Shown: positions 1 to 10,492, counted from the stretch's first letter. The stretch is DNA of 64,000 nucleotides from an uncultured Gammaproteobacteria bacterium (GCA_964428655.1 CAYRYE010000001.1:73328-137327); one strand, 5' to 3'. The notes: a model not told the origin generated them from the letters alone. Made by a program: numbers and translations.

Positions 1-1
1 A

Positions 2-700
2 GACAAGGTTGTTGCCGATAAAGATGAGTGTCAAGTAGTAGGCGGTAAAGGCAGTAAACCAGCCATTAAAGGTCGAATCAGCTTGATTGAGAATGAGATT
101 AGGAAAACTACTTCAGATTACGACAAAGAAAAATTAGAAGAGAGACTGGCAAAATTGGCCGGCGGAGTGGCTGTCATTAATGTTGGCGCCGCTACAGAAG
201 TGGAGTTAAAAGAGAAGCAGGAAAGAGTAAAAGATGCTGTTGGAGCTACTAAGGCAGCTGCCGAAGAAGGTATTTTACCGGGAGGGGGCATTGCTCTTCT
301 CCGGGCTCGAGATGCTCTAGATAATGTTAGTGTGGAGAATAAAGAAGAAGAAATTGGAGTCGCTATTGTTCGATACGCTCTAGAGCAGCCAATTCGTTGG
401 TTGGCCCGCAATGCCGGCAAAGACGAAGGTTATGTTGTCAGTAAGGTATTAGAGACAATTGAGAAAGGCAAAATTGACTATGGATTTAACGCCTTGACCG
501 GTGAGTTTGAATCAATGATTAAAGCAGGAATCCTTGACCCGCTTAAAGTGACTCGAACGGCGGTTGAGAATGCGGTTAGTGTTGGCTCCATGGTCCTTAC
601 TACCGAAGTAATGATCACTGATTTACCAGAGAAAGAAGAAGAAAAAATAGCCCCTGGCGCTCGAGCCGGTATGCCGGGTATGCCTGGTGGAGGCTATTAA
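2..700 (+). CDS. groEL: Chaperonin GroEL, 3' part (5' truncated by window)
   Basis: DYDKEKLEERLAKLAGGVAVI, ILDPLKVTRTA and GGM-like tail; frame open from base 2. Confidence 0.98.
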   Translation, partial: DKVVADKDECQVVGGKGSKPAIKGRISLIENEIRKTTSDYDKEKLEERLAKLAGGVAVINVGAATEVELKEKQERVKDAVGATKAAAEEGILPGGGIALLRARDALDNVSVENKEEEIGVAIVRYALEQPIRWLARNAGKDEGYVVSKVLETIEKGKIDYGFNALTGEFESMIKAGILDPLKVTRTAVENAVSVGSMVLTTEVMITDLPEKEEEKIAPGARAGMPGMPGGGY

Positions 701-725
701 AAAGAAACTCCAAAATTTGTTATAA

Positions 726-1253
726 TTGGTTGTGAATCAATTCAAAAAAGTCTTGCTCATTATTGCTCCGGAGAATTTTCGCGATGAAGAATTGTTTGAA
801 ACAAAGAAAGTTTTGGACGCAGCTGGAATTAAGACAGAGGTAGCATCTACTAAGATAGGAATAATCAAGGGAATGTTGGGTGGAAGTCAAGAAGTCAAAA
901 AGACGATTTTAGATATTAGTATTGTTGATTACAGTGCGATTGTTTTTGTTGGCGGCGCAGGCGCTTCTGTTTATTTTGATGATCCAATTGCTTTAGCTAT
1001 TGCCGAGGAAGCGGTCAGACAAAACAAGTTAATTGCCGCTATATGTATTGCTCCATCAATTTTGGCCAACGCTGGCATTTTACGAGATAAAAAAGCAACC
1101 TCATTCCTTTCTGAGAAGGATAATTTAACAAAAAAAGGAGCCGAATTCACCGGTGATTCAGTTACTATTGACAATAGGATTATTACCGCTTCCGGACCTG
1201 AAGCGGCTCGTGACTTTGGTTGGAAAATTGTTGAATTCTTGCAGGAAAAATGA
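726..1253 (+). CDS. DJ-1/PfpI family protein
   Basis: FRDEE, FVGGAG, AAICIAP nucleophile elbow, ITASGP. Confidence 0.92.
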   Translation: MVVNQFKKVLLIIAPENFRDEELFETKKVLDAAGIKTEVASTKIGIIKGMLGGSQEVKKTILDISIVDYSAIVFVGGAGASVYFDDPIALAIAEEAVRQNKLIAAICIAPSILANAGILRDKKATSFLSEKDNLTKKGAEFTGDSVTIDNRIITASGPEAARDFGWKIVEFLQEK

Positions 1254-1395
1254 TTGATTTCCTCGAATACAGTACATCTTCCAAGTGTCCTAGTTGATAT
1301 CTGTTGAACCTGGATGTCTCCCAAAGGAAAAATTGGGGGCAAATTTGACAAGCTATAGGCTTTGAATTACACTAATTCATCTGGGAAGGCAAGAT

Positions 1396-1740
1396 ATGCA
1401 GACTATAAAGATAGAAAGAATAACCGAGACTTTGGAGATGGCTGAAACATTTCCACTAAGGAAGTCTTCTTCTTTTGAGAGGTGTTTACTTCTAGCAAGA
1501 GGTAAGTGTCATAGTCCAAAAGCGAGTCTTCTTCCCTGTAACTCTTGTAAAGCTGCGAGAGAAGATCATATAAGGATTGTAACTCGGTTGCGAGAGGGAA
1601 TAGGCAATGCAGATACGTCTACTGTTAAGCCCGAAAGATGTCGTTGGACAAGAGCGAATGGAAAGAAGGGACGCGTAATTGTAAGGAATTTTAAGGGAGA
1701 AACAGAAGTGTTTTACCAGCCGTACAAGAGAACTCTCTAA
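1396..1740 (+). CDS. Orphan Arg/Cys-rich small protein
   Basis: 114-aa ORF behind TTGACA-17-TACACT (1346-1374); CxxC. Confidence 0.55.
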   Translation: MQTIKIERITETLEMAETFPLRKSSSFERCLLLARGKCHSPKASLLPCNSCKAAREDHIRIVTRLREGIGNADTSTVKPERCRWTRANGKKGRVIVRNFKGETEVFYQPYKRTL

Positions 1741-1929
1741 GTGGCCTAGATACCACGGGTAGTTTGTTCCGCATCACTTCAAACTTTTAATAATAAAAAC
1801 CAAAATAAAATTTGTTATGCTCATCAAAATGAATGGGGCGCGAGACACTATTATGATAGAACTTATTAAAAGATACTGATTGTTTGGGTGAAAAATACAA
1901 AATTTTTTGCTATACTAACAAATAATAAA

Positions 1930-2253
1930 ATGAAAGCAATGATAAGGGAAGTACAAAGGCCGTTTAGTATGCAAATTGTGGGGCATAATGGCTATGGCGA
2001 CCAAATAATTCATGCCTCCAGTGGTAGACATTTACTCTCAGTTGTTGTAGAACGACGAAAAGTAGGGGCAAGAGAAAGGGGTTTTCATTGCCAAACAACT
2101 TTGGAAGTTATGAAATTAAAGGGAAGAGAAAATGGAAGTGGTAGACCAACTTTAACTCTGGATCACGAGAGTCTTCGTCGGCTTAATGTCTCCGGAACGC
2201 CTGAACAAATAGGATGTCGCTTTAGGCAAATTGTAGGTGAGTTATCTGCGTAA
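1930..2253 (+). CDS. Orphan Arg-rich small protein
   Basis: TATACT shortly upstream of ATG 1930; no recognisable domain. Confidence 0.5.
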   Translation: MKAMIREVQRPFSMQIVGHNGYGDQIIHASSGRHLLSVVVERRKVGARERGFHCQTTLEVMKLKGRENGSGRPTLTLDHESLRRLNVSGTPEQIGCRFRQIVGELSA

Positions 2254-2388
2254 ATTTTGGTTAGACATCACTAGACACCTTACAAATTCCCATCACTCTT
2301 CTAGATGTTTTTCTACCGCTGGTTCATATTTTTTAACTATTAACTAAAAACAGAAATTGAGACAAAGTGGGATTTATAGGGGGTTAAC

Positions 2389-2619
2389 ATGATAAAATAC
2401 ATAGAAATGTTAGGAGAAAGAGATAATTGTTTCCGCTCAATTATTTATATTGGTGATCCAGAAGCCAGATGCTCCGCTTCCACTTTTGAAAGAACAAGAA
2501 AAAGGAGTGTAGTTGTAAGAATAACAAGAGTTGATGAGGTGGGTTGCCGTACTCAGAGAACTTCAGGCTCTTGCCCTAGATTAAAAAGACAAATGTCTAG
2601 AGTGCCTTCGTCAGGATAA
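2389..2619 (+). CDS. Orphan Arg/Cys-rich small protein
   Basis: 76-aa ORF with composition like neighbours. Confidence 0.45.
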   Translation: MIKYIEMLGERDNCFRSIIYIGDPEARCSASTFERTRKRSVVVRITRVDEVGCRTQRTSGSCPRLKRQMSRVPSSG

Positions 2620-2800
2620 CAAAACGACAAAACCAGTTGAAACAGGACCGATACTTGGGACTTTCAAAAGACCCAGAAAAAAATGGCACAGCTTTTTGAT
2701 GAGTAGAACATGTCTTATAACAAGACCAAGATATGATTCGGCTACAAATTACTTATATTACTAGAGAAGGTGTATTATAAAATATAAGAAGGTAAAGATT

Positions 2801-3076
2801 ATGAGTATTAAAAAACACTTTAGTCTTGATGATGCCGAAAGAATTGGGAAAGAACTAGGAATCAATTGGGAAAAGTTTGATGTAGAACAGTTTAGAAGGG
2901 GAATGGATGTCGAGCTGGAACATGGGTTGGTTGACCCACATACTAACGTCAGTAATGATGATCCTTTAATAACAGGAAAGATTACTCTGGCCCACCTTAA
3001 AGAATTTCCTGATTATTATATTCGGCTGGAGAAAATGGAAAAAGAAGCCGAAAAATACTGGGAAAGTAGAAAATGA
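2801..3076 (+). CDS. DUF5661-like small protein
   Basis: QFRRGMDVELEHG...TGKITLAHLKEFPDYYIRL pattern. Confidence 0.8.
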   Translation: MSIKKHFSLDDAERIGKELGINWEKFDVEQFRRGMDVELEHGLVDPHTNVSNDDPLITGKITLAHLKEFPDYYIRLEKMEKEAEKYWESRK

Positions 3077-3193
3077 GAGATTTTTCTATTGGCAATATCC
3101 GCTTCTGGACCGGTTAAGAGTTTTTTAAGGTGTTGACTCAAGGTGGATAAATTGTGTTAAAATGCGTTTGTATCTAGAAGTACTGGTAAAAAA

Positions 3194-3430
3194 TTGGCAA
3201 GAAGATTACGAAGTGGAGAAGGGGTTGGTAATGGCGAAGTCAAAGCCTACATGGGGCGCGTGAAGCCAGTTGTTGAAGGCAGAGCTCCAAGAGTCACAGT
3301 TACTTTGCGTCCCGAAATAGGAACAATCAGGAATGCCAGAGATATTAATTTGCTTACCGGGCAAAGGAGCGAAGCTAATCGCTTACACAAGAGGCTTCAT
3401 GTTTCATTGGAGAGAATCGTAGTAGATTAG
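3194..3430 (+). CDS. Orphan Arg-rich small protein
   Basis: TTGACT...TAAAAT promoter-like site upstream; 78 aa. Confidence 0.45.
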   Translation: MARRLRSGEGVGNGEVKAYMGRVKPVVEGRAPRVTVTLRPEIGTIRNARDINLLTGQRSEANRLHKRLHVSLERIVVD

Positions 3431-3539
3431 AGAGACAAAGAGCTGGTCTTTAGGTAACTTCCGAATGCGAGTAATACTTAACGAAAATTATAATAACTAG
3501 GGCACTTTTGCTAGTGCTTTTTTATAGTAAAATTGGGTT

Positions 3540-3833
3540 ATGAAGAAAGCCTTGTTCTTATTGTTGGTTTTGTTGAGTATTTGGTTGTTTATTAGATTTG
3601 TCATTGGCGGAAATGAGGATTCATGGATATGTGTTGACAATCAATGGGTAAAGGATGGTAATCCCAGCTCACCAATGCCTGAAGAAGGTTGTGGACAAGA
3701 GAAATCTGAAAAATTAATAGGTGGCGACAAAGATGAACATGGCTGTTTGCTTATGGCTGGGTATACCTGGTGTGAGCCGAAGCAGAAATGTTTGCGGGAA
3801 TGGGAGGAAAACTGTGATGGAATCAGGGACTAG
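3540..3833 (+). CDS. Small exported Cys-rich protein
   Basis: N-terminal hydrophobic helix; WICxxxxWVKxGNP and GGDKDEHGC...GYTWC...C motifs. Confidence 0.75.
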   Translation: MKKALFLLLVLLSIWLFIRFVIGGNEDSWICVDNQWVKDGNPSSPMPEEGCGQEKSEKLIGGDKDEHGCLLMAGYTWCEPKQKCLREWEENCDGIRD

Positions 3834-3838
3834 AAAAT

Positions 3839-4177
3839 TTACCGAGGAGATCTTTTGGGTGCTACATATATACCAACAACATTTGAGTTAAGTTCAATTG
3901 GCCCTTGTTCTCTTCTACTTCTGACGATGTGCCCCCTTACTCCTGGAGCCACTCTTACGTCCATTTTACCCCTTCCTTGCTCTTGTCTTGTTTGAATGGC
4001 TTCTTGAATCATCCGTCGATTATCTCTAGAAACATGGCCAACTAAAGCTCAGTTTCTTGGATCTCCCTCTAGGTTTACGCAAACCCTTTGGAAACCATGT
4101 TTATGTTCCATCTGTTTTCCACTTGCGTTTACATATGTTCTTGACGTAAAAACTCTTTTTATTAAATTTTCCTGCAT
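3839..4177 (-). pseudogene. Orphan Arg-rich ORF (113 codons) with one in-frame TGA at 4049-4051
   Basis: Hand translation: MQENLIKRVF...EGDPRN*ALVGHVSRDNRR...APKRSPR*. Confidence 0.5.
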
Positions 4178-4295
4178 GTTTTTTTGTGTTTAATAATCTT
4201 TATCTTTGTCCTTAATTAGGGGAATTTTACTATAAGTTTTTCTATTTTGCAATTGCTGCCAAGCGCCTTGTTGTTATAATGAGTAAATTGACTTA

Positions 4296-5123
4296 ATGGA
4301 TAGCAGAAGAATAGACTATTCGAAAATTTATTCTCCGAGCAGGTTGAGTATGTTTGCTCAGTGTCCCAAGCAATACTATTTTTACTATCTTGACCCTACT
4401 TATAGCCGAATGAAAAATGAGCTTAAAAAGCTGCCGGAGAATATTTGGAGCTTTCACACTTTGGGAAAAGCTGTTCATAATGCCATTACCCTTTTTTATC
4501 ATTCTCCTCCAGAACAAAGAACACTAGCGCAACTCAAAGAATATCTTAAGCAGGCTTGGCGCAGCGAAGTGATGTGGAATAAGAAGCCGCCCTTGGGGGA
4601 ATGGGGCGGATTTGAAAGCCTTGAACAAGAAAGAAAAATTTATGGAGAGGCGCTTCTAATGCTGGAAAACTTCTTTAAAATGGCAGAAATTGATTCTGAA
4701 TTGGAATACTTACCCACCCGAGATTTTAGACAGTCAATTGAAGATTACCAAAAATTAATCATTCCCCTTTCAGAAAATTTTGATATCAGTGGCAAGTTCG
4801 ACTTAATAGTTGGGGATAATAATTGCCTTCACATAATTGACTTTAAAACCAGCAAAAGAGAGGGTGATGATCATTTTCAATTAAGATTTTATAAACTCCT
4901 GGCTGAAAAGAATTTTAAAAAAGCGGTCAAAAAAGCCAGCTTTTACTTTTTGAGAGCTGGTAAGAAAAAAGAATTCGATTTGGAAAAAGAGGCAGAAAGA
5001 ATCAAAGAAGAAATATTAAATAAAATTAACCAGATAAAATTAACCAAAGATTTTGAGCAAAGACCAGGAAAACTTTGTAAGTTTTGCTTATTTAGAACTT
5101 TTTGTTCTGAGCAAGAAGGGTAA
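4296..5123 (+). CDS. PD-(D/E)XK nuclease, RecB/AddB/Cas4-like with Fe-S Cys staple
   Basis: SPSRL..CP, GKAVH, GKFD..IIDFKTS, QLRFY, CKFCLFRTFC. Confidence 0.9.
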   Translation: MDSRRIDYSKIYSPSRLSMFAQCPKQYYFYYLDPTYSRMKNELKKLPENIWSFHTLGKAVHNAITLFYHSPPEQRTLAQLKEYLKQAWRSEVMWNKKPPLGEWGGFESLEQERKIYGEALLMLENFFKMAEIDSELEYLPTRDFRQSIEDYQKLIIPLSENFDISGKFDLIVGDNNCLHIIDFKTSKREGDDHFQLRFYKLLAEKNFKKAVKKASFYFLRAGKKKEFDLEKEAERIKEEILNKINQIKLTKDFEQRPGKLCKFCLFRTFCSEQEG

Positions 5124-5136
5124 AAATAAATTAGTT

Positions 5137-5397
5137 TTATTTGTCTCGTTTGCTAAAGAGGGCTTGGATAAGAGAAAGTTGGTAGGGTTGATTTCTTATC
5201 ATTCCCCTGGCTTCTTGGATAGCTCGAGGCAAGGAAACTCGGTGAGGATTCCCTAATCGTATTCTTGAAACTTGGGGGCTAAGAGGAAATCCGCGAAGTG
5301 CCCCATCTCCTCTGCTTTCTATCCATTCACCTGTTCTCTTATCAACATGGCTGGTGTTGGTTGTTGTTAATCGCCATGCTCGATGCTCTCTAGACAT
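5137..5397 (-). CDS. Orphan Arg-rich small protein
   Basis: ATG 5397 MSREHRAW...; 86 aa. Confidence 0.45.
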   Translation of the reverse strand: MSREHRAWRLTTTNTSHVDKRTGEWIESRGDGALRGFPLSPQVSRIRLGNPHRVSLPRAIQEARGMIRNQPYQLSLIQALFSKRDK

Positions 5398-5482
5398 TTT
5401 TAGTAAAAAAACAAAATAATTTTCTTTGATAATTTGTTGCAAACTTCGGTGATAGACTATTTTCTATGTTATCATTATTTTA

Positions 5483-6238
5483 ATGCGGTTGAGAGAGGTT
5501 TTAAAAAAACAAACTGTTTTTGCTTTTAATTGTGATGATTTTGTTATTTATCGGGGAGTGGTGGAGGCGGTTAGGGAGACTAATACTCCGGCCATTGTTC
5601 AGGTTTCGCCAGGAGAGCTTAATTTTTGGGGGCTAGAAAGATTTGTTGTTTTGGCCAAAAATGAGGGCATCCCTATTTTTCTTAATTTTGATCATAGCAG
5701 GGATTTATCTTTGGTGAAGAAGATTGTTAATTTAGGGGTGGATATGATTCATTTTGACGGTTCAAGCTTGTCTTGGCAGGAGAATATTGATTTAACGAGA
5801 CAAGTAGTTAAATTGTGCCACGAAAATAATGTATTGGTTGAGGGAGAGCCGCAGCAAGACCAAACCGATCCGAAAAAGGCCGCCGAGTTTTCAGCAAAAA
5901 CAGGAGTTGATTTAATTGCCGTTTTTGTTGGCAATCGACATGGTATGGATTTAAAAAAACCAGAGAGAATAGATTTTGATTGCCTGCTGGCAATTAAAAA
6001 AGCGGTGAAAGAAAAGGGCTTGACTCTTCATGGCGGCTCGGGAGTTCATCAGAGTGATATCGATCAAGTTATTAAACGAAAATTAGTTTCAAAAATTAAT
6101 ATTAATTCTCGTTTGCGTTTTGTTTATCTGAAAAAATTAAAAGAGGAACTGGAAACTTATCGGGGGAACAAAATTTATCACATAATGGAGTCTATAGTTT
6201 TAGCAATTAAAGAAGAGGTTAAGAAATGTTTGACGTGA
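5483..6238 (+). CDS. fba: Class II fructose-bisphosphate aldolase family
   Basis: AFN, FDH, DGS, VEGE, GNRHG, LHGGSG, KININ. Confidence 0.9.
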   Translation: MRLREVLKKQTVFAFNCDDFVIYRGVVEAVRETNTPAIVQVSPGELNFWGLERFVVLAKNEGIPIFLNFDHSRDLSLVKKIVNLGVDMIHFDGSSLSWQENIDLTRQVVKLCHENNVLVEGEPQQDQTDPKKAAEFSAKTGVDLIAVFVGNRHGMDLKKPERIDFDCLLAIKKAVKEKGLTLHGGSGVHQSDIDQVIKRKLVSKININSRLRFVYLKKLKEELETYRGNKIYHIMESIVLAIKEEVKKCLT

Positions 6239-7110
6239 TTACTTTTGGTTCAGCCATTGTTGATGTTTTTTTGAAATCTTCTCATATTTTCAAGCGGGAC
6301 AAAGAAAAAATAAACATTGATGAAAGAGTAATTTGCGCCGGCGGCGGCGGCACCAATACGGCAGTAAGTTTTGTCAGATTGGGATTGAATTGCGCTGCAG
6401 TCGTTCGGTTGGGAGATGATTTATTCGGCCAATTAATAGTTGAAGAACTAGAACAAGAAAAAGTAAATATTAATTTTTTAGTTCAAAAAAATGAAGAGAC
6501 TGATAGTTCAGTGATTCTAATTGGACCAAATGGCAAACGGATAATTTTGATTTATCGAGGGCCGACTCGACTGGAAGATAAGAATATTAATTGGGATAAA
6601 CTCAATGCTAAGTGGTTTTATTTGGCTTCTTTAGAAGGCAATTTGGATTTGGCCGAAAAATTAATTAGTTTTGCCAATAAAAAAAATATTAAAGTCGCTT
6701 GGAATCCGGGGAAAAAAGAACTAACCCGGAGCAGCCGTGTTTTTCAGTTGGCCAACAATGTCGAGCTATTCAATCTTAATCGTGAGGAAATGGAAGAACT
6801 GATTGGTGAAAAATTTAGAGACAAACAATTTTGGGAAAAGGTAAAAAAAGTAGGCGCAAAACTAACAATAGTAACTGATGGTCGTAGTGGAGCCTATCTT
6901 TTAAATGAAAAGAAACTTTTATTCAAATCAACTCCAAAGACAATCCCAATTGATGAAACCGGGGCCGGAGATGCTTTTGGAAGCGGCTTTGTTGCCGGAT
7001 TAATTAAGGGTATGAGTTTAGAGAGTGCTTTTGATTTGGCAATGAAGAATGGTGCTTCAGTTGTGCAGAAGATTGGCGCGAAAGCGGGATTATTAAAAAT
7101 TAGTAATTAG
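6226..7110 (+). CDS. PfkB family carbohydrate kinase
   Basis: GGGGTNTA and DETGAGDAFGSG signatures. Confidence 0.93.
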   Translation: MFDVITFGSAIVDVFLKSSHIFKRDKEKINIDERVICAGGGGTNTAVSFVRLGLNCAAVVRLGDDLFGQLIVEELEQEKVNINFLVQKNEETDSSVILIGPNGKRIILIYRGPTRLEDKNINWDKLNAKWFYLASLEGNLDLAEKLISFANKKNIKVAWNPGKKELTRSSRVFQLANNVELFNLNREEMEELIGEKFRDKQFWEKVKKVGAKLTIVTDGRSGAYLLNEKKLLFKSTPKTIPIDETGAGDAFGSGFVAGLIKGMSLESAFDLAMKNGASVVQKIGAKAGLLKISN

Positions 7111-7120
7111 GTTAATTTGT

Positions 7121-8083
7121 ATGCGTGCTTCTCAGCTTGAAATATTGCCCAAAATTGAGAAAGAAAAAAATCAGAAAGAAACTAGATTGTGGACAGCGAT
7201 TTTTCTGGTTATTACTTTCCTGCCTAGTTTCCTTTTTTGGTTAATTGCTGGTTTTAAAGAAAACAAAATTAAACTTGGCAGTTTTCCAGTTAAAGTCAGC
7301 GTTCCCAGAATAGATCTTTCCTACCAAGCCAGTGAGGATATATCAGTGAAGCTTGGCCAGTGGGCAGCAAAAAACTTGTCTGATTTGCCAGGCGAGTGGG
7401 CGATTGAAGTGAGATTTTTAAATAGTGATTTTAGTTGGGGGCTTAATGAAAATGATCAATTTACAGCCGCTTCGTTAATAAAATTGCCGGTAGTGGCCGC
7501 TTTTTATTATCAAGTTGGATTGGGTGAATTAGATCTTGATGATGTTTATGTTCTTAAGGAGGCAGACAAGAGTCCTGGGGCCGGCAGTTTGCAAAATAAA
7601 CCAGTTGGTTTTAAATCAACTTTGGCCCAGTTGGCAAGCTTGGCCTTTTCTCAGTCGGATAACACTGCTCTTAATATCTTAAGAACACTAGTTAGCGATG
7701 AGATAATTAACGGATTGATAATCCAATGGGGGATGGTAAAAACCGATTTGGAGGAAAATTTAACTACTGCCGAAGATGTGGCCCGCTTTTTCCATTTACT
7801 TTATCAAGGTCAGATTGTTAACGAGGAATTTAAAGAGAAAATGTTAACTGATTTGACAGGCACTATATTTGAAGATCAAATTCCAGCCGGAGTTCCCGAG
7901 GGGATTAAAGTAGCTCACAAGGTGGGGATTGAAGTTGGTGTTATTTCTGATGCCGGTATTATTTTTATTCCAGGGAAACCGTTTGTTTTAGCAATTTTGA
8001 GCCAAAACACGAATGTTTCAGTTGCCAAGGAAAGATTTCCTCAATTAGTTAATGATCTCTACTGGTTAATTTCAAATCCATGA
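7121..8083 (+). CDS. Membrane-anchored class A beta-lactamase-like serine hydrolase
   Basis: SLIK (SxxK), SDN, HKVG; N-terminal TM helix. Confidence 0.88.
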   Translation: MRASQLEILPKIEKEKNQKETRLWTAIFLVITFLPSFLFWLIAGFKENKIKLGSFPVKVSVPRIDLSYQASEDISVKLGQWAAKNLSDLPGEWAIEVRFLNSDFSWGLNENDQFTAASLIKLPVVAAFYYQVGLGELDLDDVYVLKEADKSPGAGSLQNKPVGFKSTLAQLASLAFSQSDNTALNILRTLVSDEIINGLIIQWGMVKTDLEENLTTAEDVARFFHLLYQGQIVNEEFKEKMLTDLTGTIFEDQIPAGVPEGIKVAHKVGIEVGVISDAGIIFIPGKPFVLAILSQNTNVSVAKERFPQLVNDLYWLISNP

Positions 8084-8122
8084 CTTTCAACAAGGTAGAA
8101 ATAATCTGGAGGTTATTGCGGC

Positions 8123-10411
8123 TTATGGGATGAGAGTTGGAGCTGGAGTGGGCATGAGCTGACAATGTTTAGTTGGCTGAGTTCCGGCAATAAAATATTC
8201 CTCAATAATTTTGGGACAATTAAAACAGGGCAAGGTACCAGTTGTTTGGCAAATAGCGGTTTTAACAACATTATCTGGCACTAGCCAATCTTCTTGGGGA
8301 TAGCTGTTAAGAAGTTGTTTCATAATTTGATGCCAAATCGGAGTAGCGCCGGTAACGCCGGAAGCAACATGACTCATGGGTGAGTTGTCATTGTTGCCTA
8401 CCCAAACAGCAGTCAGAAGAGATGGAGTATAACCGATACACCAATTATCCCGTAAGTTATTAGTAGTTCCTGTTTTAACAGCCACTTTATAATTTGGGAT
8501 TTGCAAAAATGAGTTATTGCCGAAGGCTAAAGCTCTAGCCTGATTATCAGTTAGAATATCAGTGAGAGTAAAAGCGATTCCTGGATCTATAACCTGTTGG
8601 TTGGGACAGGAATTGTTTGTTAGGCAAGGGTTTTGAAAGATAGTTTTGCCCCGATGATTTTTAATTTCTAAAATGGGGTTGATATCTACCTTTTTTCCTA
8701 GATTGGCAAGGATGGAGTAAACCTGGGCTAGGTCAATCATTTTTACCTCTCCTCCACCTAAAGTCAAAGAAAGACCAAATCTTGAAGGATCATCCCAAGT
8801 GGTGATTCCTAAAGTTTGACCCATTTTGATCATCCTATCAACCCCGTAAGAAGAAAGCACTTTTACGGCTGGAACATTAAATGAAGAAGCTAGAGCTGTT
8901 CTAAGGGGTAAATTGCCATGAAATTGGTTGTCATAGTTTCGAGGTGAATATGGCGGCTGTCCTGGTATTCGATAGGTAATTGGTGTGTCGGGAATAATTG
9001 TTGCCGTTGTGTAGCCCATTCCCAGGGCAACAGCATAATTGATCACCTTGATTGCTGACCCAGGTTGGCGGGGTCTGAGAACAACATTAACATTGCCATC
9101 ATTTTCAAAATTAAAGTAATCTCTAGAGCCAGCCATAGCTAATACCCCGCCCGTTTTAGGATTAATTATCAGAGCCGCGCCATTTTTAATGTTAAGGTGG
9201 GTTAGCTTATTCAGTTCGTCCCTCACTGTTTTTTCAACCAGTTGTTGAACTGTCCAGTCTAGGCTAGTGGTTACTTCCAATCCTCCTTGTTCAACTGCTT
9301 GCTGACCATAGTAATCAACTAATAAATCTTTGATATAGAAAACAAAGTGGGGGGCCTTTATTGAGTCTCGTTTTGGAATGAACCGAAGAGGGGTGGTAAT
9401 AATTTCAGCCGCTTCTGAGGGATTAATATAATTTGTTTTAACCATTTCTCTGATAACTTGCTCTTGCCGCTTTTTTGCAAATTCAGGATAAGCGCCAAAT
9501 GGTGAATATTTGGTTGGGGCTCGAGTGAGACCAGCCAAAAGAGCCGCTTCAGCAGGATTAATTTCCCAAACATGTTTGCCAAAATATTTTTGGGCTGCCT
9601 CTTCCGACCCGTAAGCAGTGCCTCCATATGGTACTTCGTTAAAATACATTTGGAGAATTTCGTTTTTAGAAAATTTCATCTCTACTAATAGAGCCAGAAT
9701 AGCTTCTCTTATCTTTCTTTTCCAAGTTTTTTCTGAGTTTAATAAAGCATTTTTAACTAATTGTTGGGTTAAAGTTGATCCACCCATTTGAGGTTTATCG
9801 GGGTTTAAAAAGTTATGCTTAAGCGCCCGCAAAATTCCTCGCCAAGAGAGGCCGCTATGAGAGTAAAATTCTTTATCTTCAATGGCTATTGTAGCAGCTA
9901 TCAGATGTTGAGAAATGTTTTCCAAAGGAACCAGAGTTCGGTTTTGATCTCGATAAATTTTATAGAGAAGAATCCCTGACCGATCGTAGATTTTAGTAGT
10001 TAAAGAGGGCCTTCTTTGAATCAGATGATCTGGCGATGGAAGATCGCGAAAGAGACTAATAATGATTCCAGCCAAGATTAAGATAATCCCTATAATAATT
10101 AAAATCAGGGCGAGCTTTTTGTTTCTTAAAATTATTTTTTCTTTTTTTCTCGGCCGACCTCTTTTTCTCTTTTTTAATTTTTTAAATATTTTTTGAATTT
10201 TAAGTTTTATTTGTTTTCTGAAATTTCTTGGCCGACCCGGACCTCTTTTTTTGCCTAGCTTAATTTTGGGCCAAAGATCAGTAAGAAGATAACTTCTTAC
10301 TGAATTAAGAAGATTTTTCAAGAATTTAATCAGTTTTCCAAAAATAGTCAGGGAAAAGATTATTAATTGATATCCGGGCTTACCTAAGAAAATAAGAATT
10401 TCTCGAACCAT
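8123..10411 (-). CDS. Class A penicillin-binding protein (PBP1A family)
   Basis: EDKEFYSH, GGSTLTQQLVKN, RQPGSAIK, SFN, KTGT. Confidence 0.96.
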   Translation of the reverse strand: MVREILIFLGKPGYQLIIFSLTIFGKLIKFLKNLLNSVRSYLLTDLWPKIKLGKKRGPGRPRNFRKQIKLKIQKIFKKLKKRKRGRPRKKEKIILRNKKLALILIIIGIILILAGIIISLFRDLPSPDHLIQRRPSLTTKIYDRSGILLYKIYRDQNRTLVPLENISQHLIAATIAIEDKEFYSHSGLSWRGILRALKHNFLNPDKPQMGGSTLTQQLVKNALLNSEKTWKRKIREAILALLVEMKFSKNEILQMYFNEVPYGGTAYGSEEAAQKYFGKHVWEINPAEAALLAGLTRAPTKYSPFGAYPEFAKKRQEQVIREMVKTNYINPSEAAEIITTPLRFIPKRDSIKAPHFVFYIKDLLVDYYGQQAVEQGGLEVTTSLDWTVQQLVEKTVRDELNKLTHLNIKNGAALIINPKTGGVLAMAGSRDYFNFENDGNVNVVLRPRQPGSAIKVINYAVALGMGYTTATIIPDTPITYRIPGQPPYSPRNYDNQFHGNLPLRTALASSFNVPAVKVLSSYGVDRMIKMGQTLGITTWDDPSRFGLSLTLGGGEVKMIDLAQVYSILANLGKKVDINPILEIKNHRGKTIFQNPCLTNNSCPNQQVIDPGIAFTLTDILTDNQARALAFGNNSFLQIPNYKVAVKTGTTNNLRDNWCIGYTPSLLTAVWVGNNDNSPMSHVASGVTGATPIWHQIMKQLLNSYPQEDWLVPDNVVKTAICQTTGTLPCFNCPKIIEEYFIAGTQPTKHCQLMPTPAPTLIP

Positions 10412-10492
10412 AATAAGTTAATTATATCTCATTATATAGGTTTTAGAAAGAAGATGATTACGTCGATTTCACGCTTGGTGTGAAACGGGTGA

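Noticed and set aside
4296-5123. Cas4-like nuclease as sign of CRISPR-Cas
   Set aside because: No repeat-spacer array or cas1/cas2 seen in the window; solo nucleases of this type are common.
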